NCBI RefSeq assembly: GCF_001194135.2
Contig: NC_069002.1
Location: 19,163,333-19,227,332 of the forward strand
Length of the DNA stretch: 64,000 nucleotides
From: Octopus bimaculoides
Taxonomy: Eukaryota
Reading direction: 5' to 3'
The notes beneath the pieces are model-generated. The model searched no databases. It had not been told where the DNA came from and was given only the letters and a program-made list of their open reading frames with translations. The position numbers were made by a program, and so were the translations under genes. Shown in pieces: positions 53,741 through 64,000 of this stretch; positions within the stretch are counted from its first letter, which is position 1, and each line of letters starts with the position of its first letter.

Positions 53741-55542
53741 TGTATATACTACCATGTGTTTACGTGTGTGTGTTTGTGTGTGTGTGTGTGTGTGTATGAG
53801 TGTGTGCATGTATACGTGTCTGTAACGTAGGTATGTTTGTATGTATGTATCATAGAGTAGTATGAGATACTGTTATGCGGTACGCCTTATTGTACGACAA
53901 TACAAATGTGTAAAACGTAGGTTCTAGGTAGTATAATGTAGTATATTGTTATATGTGAAAATCTATGTTACGTTTTATGATACAATAAATGTTATAACAT
54001 ATATTGTGTTATATTGTAGGTTTGCCAAACTAACTACGAATCTAACAAATTATACAGTAAGGCCTACCAAACTAAGCTATGAGCCTAACAAATTAGGCTA
54101 GAGGATCTGCGATAATGCGCTATTGGACCTACCAAAAATGGAGGAAGTTCAACATTTATAAAGATGAATTATTCAAGAATGTAGTTGAATTCTACATACA
54201 TAAGCTCAAGTTAAAGGTTGACGTAATTGACGAATAATGTATAAATATTACAGACGAAGTGTTATCCCCAAACCTCCAGCGTCCTTAAAGAGGCAAACGG
54301 GAACACATTAGGGACACTCGTTCAGAAACATCTTCGTCTTACCACTGATATTACTACTCTAGCTTTTGCTCTTATTGCTACATTTGGCTGCCAATCTACT
54401 AATCACACCGAATCCTTAAAAGGAATATCAGAATGAGGAAAGGGGTTAGAAACACACAACGGTATTATGAAAAGATGGTCGTGCCTAGAACTACTTTCAT
54501 CATAGGTCTGCTCGATCTGAGATAATCTGGGTCTGAACCACAAAGCAACACAATCTCAGCACCGCACAGTTAATGAATGAGTTTATAAAGATCAGGGTAT
54601 CAGAGATTTTCCCAGAATTCAAAGCTGCCATTTCACCCCCATCATAGAAAAATAGTCACGTGGAAGTCAATGAATAGACAATAATATGTTTTTTTGGAGG
54701 TGGGAGAGAAAGAAAGTTATTCTGAAAGTAGAATGTTTAGCCTAATGGACTCAGATAAACTACCGAACGGTCAGTGAGGAGGAAAGTTGATGACCTGATA
54801 ATAATTGAAACCGTAGTCCTCATCCCTTGAAACCAAATACAAAGTTTTCCCCCATTAAATTCCATTCGCATTGCTTTGGACAAACTGAGATCATGATAGA
54901 AAACATATTATCTAAAATGCTGCACAGAAAAAACGTCCTGGAACTAGGAAGGAAAATCGCCTACGTCACTGATTTCACAGGGAGACGCCTTCATGACATA
55001 AATTCTTATTTCTCTTCGAGTCTAAATGCATTTAGCAACTTGTCTTAAAAGAAATCAACATCCCCCTCACTCGGCCTCAATTAAAGTTAATAGAGCTGTT
55101 ATATAAAGAAATTCCTTTCAATTTGATTGAAAACAGGAAATTGATGGTTTTTACGAACAGAGATGCCTAATTCACATTACTATTTTGATGACATGCTGCC
55201 AAATTTGGTGTCTGCTGTGAAAAATTCAATATTGGCTTTTAGCTTTCAATCAGTTTTATTTTCATGATAGATTCCCGCCTAGAAGAAGCCATGGCCAAAA
55301 AATATCCTATTTATCTCCATATATGTATAAAAAAGAATAAAATATATCTATCCACCTACCTATCAAACTGTGTGTGTAAGTTTGTGTGCGTGTGCATATG
55401 TGTGGATGTATGCGTGCGTGTATGTATGTGCATGTGTATGTGTAGTTAGAAATACGTTTTTTTTCTTTAAATACATAAAAAATGTTTTTGTAGAAGGTAA
55501 TATTTATCATAAAACTTTTCACAGTTCCACACACATACCCAA

Positions 55543-55573
<31 letters not shown>

Positions 55574-55639
55574 CACACACGCGCACNNNNNNNNNNNNNN
55601 NNNNNNNNNNNNNNNNNNNNNNNNNNNNNNNNNNNNNNN

Positions 55640-55690
<51 letters not shown>

Positions 55691-56389
55691 GATACAAATG
55701 GACATATCAGGCACACACACACGTGTACACACACGTACATATGTACACACACAACTCTCCCTATCTCTCTGCATATATATATATATATATTAGTATGTAA
55801 AGCTGAACCGAGAAAATTATATGAAGCAAAATGAATGCCAGTGGTGTACGTATGTTGGTATGTTGAGTATAATAATGATCGAATGCCAGGTCTAAGTGGT
55901 ATAACTAATGTTTCAATGCAAAAATATCCACGAAGATTTCTATTTCACCTGATAGTAATGGAATCTTTTATACAATAGCAATAAAAGAAAGAAATAGACA
56001 GAAAACATTTGGAATGTCCTCATAAACAATAAACAACGTACAGTTACGTTAATTAAATTTTGACAATAATTCTAAACCACAGTATTTGAAGTATGTAGGT
56101 TATGTTACCTTCCGTAGCGAGGTGAATCATCTTAATTCTTTACAATATTTCATTGACATCATTGCGGCTAAAAATATAAACTTTAAAATTTTTATACCCT
56201 CCAACGACCAATGAAAACCACAGTACAACAGGACAACAACCACAGACAACAACAACGAAGTTTGTACAAGAGCATTGAAGCTTTCAGTTGTACTAGCAAA
56301 CGGAAACTCCCTCGAATTATAACGAACAAAAGAATGACACACTCAACAGAGCATTCGTAACAAAATGATGGGATTGTCGTATATGGAGC

Positions 56390-56900
56390 GCTATTGTTAA
56401 TAGGTTGGATGTCGGGTATGACGTGCTTTATTTCGAAGACCCGGTTGTGGCAATGATCCTTTCAGAAATAGGAGCAGTGAGTTTTCTGAAAAGACTGCAA
56501 GATTGTGTTTGTATGGCAATTACATAGAAATTTGAAAGGATCGAGTGTTGGGTGGTAGGGACTAGGGTTAGGGCTTGATGGTTTAAGGAGGTGAACACAA
56601 CATGGATGGTGAGAGGAAGCAATACTAGTAAATGAAGTGGAAATAGAACGAAAGAAACCAACAAAGTAGAGCAAACTGAAGTGAAGAGGCAGTAGGGTGA
56701 GGAAACCAAATCGTGGGTTATAAAATCATTGGGGTTTTGACGGAATTCATAGAAACCAATCGGGAGAATTTCATCTAGTTGCGCTCTGGGCCACTTGTAT
56801 ATGTAGTAGCATTGGCATTTCGTTATTCCGTTGTGCATCACACCACAGGGTGTTAAAGGAAGTATGCCCTGGTCATGAAGTGGAGCAATATTCTTTGTGA
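56390..56900 (-). mobile_element. Possible Penelope-like 3' remnant
   Basis: Pyrimidine-rich minus strand with weak GIY-YIG-tail-like peptides and a decayed ctga..ttcgaaa motif. Confidence 0.3.
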
Positions 56901-59340
56901 TGCAGCGTATGTTGATAATGTGAGATTTCCAAAATGAAATCCTCTGTGATTGGGAAGCAGTAACTGACAGTTTCAGTTGGTTATTGTATTTGTTTGTGAA
57001 TGTTTGAGGATTTTATTGGTGTGTAATGATTAAGTCTTTCTGCAGCAAAATCATTGGTAACCGCTGTTATCACTCATTAAGTACCGTAAAACAGTTCTGA
57101 GTTTATATTTTACTGGATGCAATTTCGTTGCGTTTGTAAACATGTAAGCAAAGAAAGAAAGAAACAATCAAATAATCAAACAAAAGGCTTAAATTCTTTT
57201 CCCTAATCAATCTACGTCTTTGTGTCGCTAAAATTCTCAGAAATCTGTATTCTTCAGCCATTGGTGTTACCTTTCTCTTATTTTACTCCACATCAGTGTT
57301 GATTGTAATCAAATTCCTCTGACCCTTCGTCTCTTTATTCCAAGGTGTGTAGCGCACTCATTATACATGTGCTATATTTCTAAGAAAGTGAGACATGATT
57401 TAAAGAGGGTTTGGCTGCTATTTCTACTACTCCCAATGACTCCTTATAGAGAGAATGTTTCGATCATCTTCTTACCATTACTGCTTTGGTCAGCAATGAT
57501 TAATTAAGCCTAGGATCAACGACAGTCGTTCCACTTTTGACTGTCCTATCCTTCTTTGAACACAGGGAACAAGAGACGACCAGATTATCAAGTATGTTAT
57601 TCTCTTTGTCAGACAATAAAAATTTGATTATAGGACTGCTATTTCTAGCATCTTGAGGTATGATGAAGAGTCTCCTGCGTGGGTTTGTCCATTGGTGGTG
57701 GGTAGTAGGGATAGTTCATCAGGATACAATTGACTGGCGGTCGATTTAGAGGTTTCATAGTCAGAGGGATTACTAGGGTGAGGAGGGTATAGCCTTTGTA
57801 GAAACGGAGCCGTACCAGTAATACATGCAGGGATGATCTAGGTAAATATTTTCAGAAGGTGATTCATTAACTTCACGAGGAAAACTTCATGGCTTACCGA
57901 ATATGAATATGTTTTTAATTGTTTTATATAACACAAGGCCATAAATAATTTCAATTAAAACGTATATTGTAAGATACATGTCGATTTAATTTTGATTAAA
58001 TATTCTAACAGAACGAGGCATAGATATTTTTAATGAAGGAATTAAGTAACAAGATACATTCAATTTATTTAAAATTGATTTAGATCTTAGATTCTTCATG
58101 TAAAATTTCCTGTGGACAACAAAAACTTTGATAAAGAAAACTGCTAGTCCAACTGGGCTACGTTTTATATCGGGGAACTTGATAACCATATAAATAATGA
58201 TGTTAGTGAAGTACATATAGGAAAGAACAAGATTCAGAAAAACACTGTGAGGGTTGTACAATTCTTTAGAATTGAACCGAGCTTAGTGTAAAGTCCTAGA
58301 TTCAGAGACTAGAGTGAAAGACACAGAGAAAAATTTAAATGTTACGACTTATTTTGTAAACCGTGTGAGACGGTTTTAATCATATGTAGTTCAGACATTG
58401 TTGTGAATAGATTGGACTCTTCTGAGAAGTGATTACAGAACTCTGATGTTGAGTATTAAATACGAGAATGAACTTTACCACAAAAAGAAAGAAGTGAGTT
58501 TTATTATCTATGTTCTCGTCACTAAAATCTGAAGTGTGTAAATGAACATTATTAAGCTAACTATTTTTCCTATCCAAGTCCAAGATATTTCTAACAAGTC
58601 AAGTCACAACTAGAAAGATTTCAACGGCGATACTGTCTGTACAGAACAAAAAGTAAAAAATCAAATTCTACTGAAACTGCTATTGCAATTGTTCACCAGA
58701 AACATATTTTTTGTTGTCCAAATATCAATATATTAGAGTTTTTTCACCCCGCAATTTTAGATCAAAATCGTTTCTATAAAGAACTCAAAATTGCGCATAA
58801 ATAAATATAGAAATCGAAATTTAAAAAAAACAGAAAAACATGTTTAAAAGGAAAACCAAAAACCCTGCAGCAGCTCTAACTCAGGAATTGTGTAGACTTT
58901 CTGCTATTTTTGAAGTTATTTAATTATAATTCTACACTTTTCTTTTAAATTTCACAAATAATGTAATAAAAATTGCAACGAGGACATGCAACAAATATAG
59001 AAATAACCAGGAAGAAATATAAAAAGCAAAACAGTGAATAAATAAAATTATAACTATAAGAACGTGGTCTCTACACTTCTTTCATTTGGTTGAGAATTTT
59101 ACGTTGGAATTTCATGAGAAAATATGACATGAATAAGCAGTCACAAATTTATTTCAACCATTTTTATTGCATTTATTGCTAATATGGATGAGCGATAGAT
59201 GAAAGAGATGGAAATTTTCATGACGGACAACCTGAGAATGAGTCTGTCTGTGCGTACGTATGAGGCATTTGCGTGAATATGAAAGAAAGAGATAGAAGTA
59301 CGTGTCAGCAAAATGACGTTGAAGTATTTATGAACATAAC

Positions 59341-59375
<35 letters not shown>

Positions 59376-60671
59376 TGTTTACAAGAAAGTGGTTGACTGT
59401 GACTTTGCAGTTTCATTTCAGCCAATAAATGTTTACGAATATTTGTACATATATACATGCATCCATTCATACACATCAATACAGATACATACTCACGAAC
59501 ATCATGAGTATAGACATACACAAGAACATGTATCCGTACGTAGGCAGACTTCTTTAAACGTCTATATATGCGTAGGATTCCATGTTCTATATACACATTT
59601 GCGTATATCTAAATTATATTTCCTCCTACACACTTGTATACATCAAAAATATTTAAAACGCATACAACCCTAGGTCCATAAATTCATGCACATGTAGACA
59701 TTCATATATTAACGAATAGATAAATATATATAGTTGTATAAACCATGTGAGTGCGTAATGTATATGAATATATGTGAGGATGTATGTACATATATGTGTA
59801 TACACACACATATACATACATACGTAAACATACAGTAATATGTGTGTATGCGTCTATGTATATAGGCGTGTATGAACAAACAAACACACACATAGACATA
59901 CACATATCTACGCGCACACACACACACACACATACACACACACACACACACACACATTCGACACCGTTTTTTTCCGAAAGAAATTTGTGCGAATAAATAC
60001 AGCATATGAAAATTTGGGAGTAATGAATACCTATCAATTTAATGCCCGCATTCGTAGGCATACGAACGTGCATACATATATGCATGCACACATACATACA
60101 TACATACATACATACATACATACATACATACATACATACATGTAACTGCGTGTGTGTGTATGTGTGTATTTATATGTGTATTAAATCATATATGCTTTCA
60201 TGCACATATATGCACATAAGACAAAATCCTATGCATAAATTAAATCTAAACACACAAACACGCACATATTCACATACGTATATACGCATGTATACACGCA
60301 TTCCTGTAATAACGCAATTATTTTTCCGGAAATACTAGGTTTTTAACAGCAATCTTTATTCAGTTATATGTGTCCAACCAATTATGAAACTGAGTTTCTG
60401 AATGAATTATAAAACAAGCATTTCTTTCGAAAATAGCAAAATATGTCAATTTGTTGGTTTTACAGACCTGACTATATCAACATTTCACTAATGTTTCTCG
60501 TGCAAACATCGATTTGTTTATTTTCCTTTTTAAAGTCTTTCTAGATTCATATTCTGAGTGTTTACGACTCCTTTTCACCCACTGAAGTCAATATGTGCGG
60601 GGATCACCGCTGCTTCTCAATCATCGCAAAATGACGCTTGTTCTTTCCAACTTTATTTCCCTTTTATGCTC

Positions 60672-60709
<38 letters not shown>

Positions 60710-61177
60710 ATACATACACACTCTTGCATGCACACACACACAAACACACACATACACATATATATTAATAATATTAAATGTGATTCGACGTTTCCTATGC
60801 AAGGATTCTCGCCAATTCTCAGACCTATAATACAAGCTACTGCATTAATATCAATGGCGTTCATAAATTGTTTCCAATGACATCGAGGGACTCTTATATT
60901 GATTGTCAAGTATGAAGTGTATATTTTGGGTTAGTTTAAAATACACAAAGGATTTTATCATCCCGTTTTCGCTGACAAAGTGTCGTATATTCTCTTTTAA
61001 CCTAGAAAAACTTCATTAGTTGTTAATCTTTATGGTTTTAAACTTTAACCAATCCAATGAACAATATATTGCTCTAAAATATCAATATGAACATATAAGA
61101 AATTTTACAGAGTAACATAATAAAACTGATTCGTATTCTGCTCTTGGCTCACACTATTTCGATCCATACAACTTGAT

Positions 61178-61378
61178 TTCTTTTACTTGTTTCAGTCATT
61201 TGACTGCGGCCATGCTGCAGCACCACCTTTAGTCGAGCAAATTGACCTCAGGACTTATTCTTTGGATGCCTAGTACTTATTCTATCGTTCTCTTTTACCG
61301 AACCGCTAGGTTACGGGGACCTAAACACACCACCATCGGTTGTAAAGCGATGTTGGGGGGACAAACACAAACACACAA

Positions 61379-61415
<37 letters not shown>
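61178..61415 (-). mobile_element. SINE family A, 3' part; head presumably in the gap
   Basis: cttttacttgtttcagtcatttgactgcggccatgctg.. Confidence 0.9.
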
Positions 61416-61715
61416 NNNNNNNNNNNNNNNNNNNNNNNNNNNNNNNNNNNNNNNNNNNNNNNNNNNNNNNNNNNNNNNNNNNNNNNNNNNNNNNNNNNNN
61501 NNNNNNNNNNNNNNNNNNNNNNNNNNNNNNNNNNNNNNNNNNNNNNNNNNNNNNNNNNNNNNNNNNNNNNNNNNNNNNNNNNNNNNNNNNNNNNNNNNNN
61601 NNNNNNNNNNNNNNNNNNNNNNNNNNNNNNNNNNNNNNNNNNNNNNNNNNNNNNNNNNNNNNNNNNNNNNNNNNNNNNNNNNNNNNNNNNNNNNNNNNNN
61701 NNNNNNNNNNNNNNN

Positions 61716-61938
61716 CTATTAATTATCTTTAGTTAGCTCTTTCTCAGAATTTTGCAGGTGCACAATATTGCTATTCCGTTCATCATACCGGGGATTTTCT
61801 TCTATTCATTACTGCTCCTTCTGTGGTTGAAATAGAAGGAGCACTAATGAATAGAAGAAAATCCCCGGTATGATGAACGGAATAGCAATATTGTGCACCT
61901 GCAAAATTCTGAGAAAGCTAACTAAAGATAATTAATAG
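61716..61938. repeat. Long near-perfect inverted repeat (foldback)
   Basis: Arms 61716-61822 and 61834-61938; 11-nt loop; one substitution and one 2-nt indel. Confidence 0.95.
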
Positions 61939-62034
61939 GCGCAGGAGTGGCTGTGTGGTAAGTAGCTTGCTTACCAACCACATGGTTCCAGGTTCATTCC
62001 CACTGCGTGGCACCTTGGGCAAGTGTCTTCTACT
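61938..62034 (+). mobile_element. SINE family A head, 3'-truncated
   Basis: ggcgcaggagtggctgtgtggtaagtagcttgcttaccaaccacatggttcc..gggcaagtgtcttctac. Confidence 0.9.
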
Positions 62035-63619
62035 TTTGACTGACCTAAAACTTGGTACTGAAGCGATGATTGTATTCATTAAAATCTTATCCATTGCCAG
62101 AAAATATACCCTATCATGCGACGTCGGCATTTCGGATAAGCGTTAACATTCGCAGTCCTTATATGCCACTGATAATTATGTAAGTAGTTGTCCTATATCA
62201 ACAGAAAATTATTTATAATTCCTTGGTATGGAACTGAGACAAGAGAACCATCAGCAAAGTATTTTATATTTAAAGATATGACTATTTACTGAATTACACG
62301 TGAAAATACTTTGAAAATTGATAGCTTAGTTGCGACAGCTTGGTCTCTTCTATAATAAATTATGTAAACAATATCTGATTCATGCCAGCATTCTATATGC
62401 TAGAATATTTCTCATGGTCAGACATGATTATTTACATCTTAGGATTCTGTAAAATTGTTACCAGTGTTCCTTTCACTCTATGAATGTTGAATAATGTATA
62501 AAATTAAAACAAACGAACTCTCTAGAAGGCGTTTTTTAAAATTACTTCTGTAAAGTCGCCGTACACAAGAACCTCAATAAATCTGCAAACTTTCTGAATG
62601 TGAAATTAGAAAATTTCTCCAACTGTCGCCAGTTCGATATTTAAGTGTAAGATGACCCCATATTTTGACTGAAATTATCTCAAGTGCAATAATATTCACT
62701 GTATTTCTTCTCTCTGTTTTAATCCATTAATAAGGCACTCGTTTGAGCTTACTGTCTGTCATTTTAGTGCCATTCCCTGCATGCGATACTCTAAACCCGA
62801 CCATAATAAACCTGTTAAAAGTTTCATAATTTCAATTCATGACCTCATCTTCCCATTTCGGTTAAAGAGATTTTAGAATTTCACTCATACAAAACTAATT
62901 TATAAAACTAAAATTATATTTCTTTAAATTGTTTTCTGCACTGTTTATTCTTCGTGAAAATATATTTCAATCAAATATCTGGTTTATTAAATATTTCTAA
63001 AGTTACAATCCTTGTTCTTGTTCTAATTAATAATAATTAAGCTGAATTGATTTCGCCATATCATCTACTTTCTGGAGTGTTATCATCATTTTAATTAATT
63101 ACTTTCCTAACGAACTCTAAAGTGCATGCGCATTTACGTCAGTAGACACTACTTGGATGTAATCTTTTAAATAAATTTCTTCTGTCCTATTCAACTGCTT
63201 TGTGATACCTATATTCCTAATTAAATATATTAAAACCGATTTATATCATTTACAGATTGACCTAGATGTCCAAATCGTTACTTCCCTTAACATTCTGCAA
63301 CAAATGGATACTCAGCAAAAATTTGATTTCCATTCGATTCTTTATTATTATGGCAACCTCTAGTGAGGTCTCTTTATTTTACAAATTTATTTTTTTAATA
63401 AATAACATTCATTCTGCATCCTCCAATATGACAAATAAAAGTTTTATTTGAATTCTTGCTTCCCCTTTTTTCTCTTCTCATTTTCTACGTTGCACAGCTG
63501 CCTTAGTTTTCTGTCTCCATAAGGTTCCATATTTACAGATACCTCTTTGTCACATTTCACTTGGAAAATTTCGTTTTGAATGAAACTTGTTACATTCTAA
63601 AAGCATTCATTTATACATG

Positions 63620-63684
<65 letters not shown>

Positions 63685-63759
63685 AGTGTTGTTGCATCGG
63701 ATTTTAAGGTAATCGCCTTTTTCTACAGTTTATTGAATAAATTTAATGTAAGGCACCCA

Positions 63760-63900
63760 GCTTTCGTCTGGGTGTGTTTTCCAATCTTTCTCGATTTTAA
63801 AAGTGTCGACAAATTTGATTGTGGAGCGCTGGTCGGCGTCGTTCATGGATGAACATTTTCCCAGACTTGGAATGACGGACGGAAAAAAGAAGAATGAATC
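63760..63900 (-). mobile_element. Possible mariner 5' remnant
   Basis: MNDADQRSTIKF resembles a mariner N-terminus, followed by DESWV. Confidence 0.35.
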
Positions 63901-64000
63901 TTTTGAACGCACACACTCCAAAACAAGCGCTGGAAAAGAAACTGCTGTCAATGCCATGAATAATAATTGAACGACCGTTGTCAGCCCTGTCATCACCACC

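Noticed and set aside
57711-57762. GAAAC..GTC..CTGATGA in type II hammerhead order on the minus strand
   Set aside because: The would-be stem II strands are identical (ACTAT/ACTAT), not complementary.

Overview
Eukaryotic draft-assembly scaffold: AT-rich, many N gaps, saturated with microsatellites. The SINE families and repeat landscape look like a coleoid cephalopod, most likely Octopus; this is pattern recognition, not a database hit. Most of the window is decayed mobile DNA: three tRNA-derived SINE families, CR1-, Tx1-, RTE- and R4/Dong-like LINE fragments, Penelope-like terminal repeats, mariner/maT/Tc1 remnants, hAT and foldback MITEs, and Helitron-like ends. Most ORFs in the track are microsatellite or gap artefacts. 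I found no rRNA, tRNA gene, CRISPR array or operon. The best non-TE signal is a tentative spliced minus-strand gene: four phase-compatible exons at 20509-20436, 16533-16315, 9104-8967 and 7003-6902, plus a possible CpG-rich first exon ending at 35026. I do not recognise the protein family. Other notable items: two minimal hammerhead ribozymes, a ~107-bp-arm foldback between inverted SINEs, a mariner derivative made of two 5' ends, a 3' tail shared by a SINE and a CR1 LINE, and nests of microsatellite-associated Dong-like elements. All alignments and counts were done by eye.
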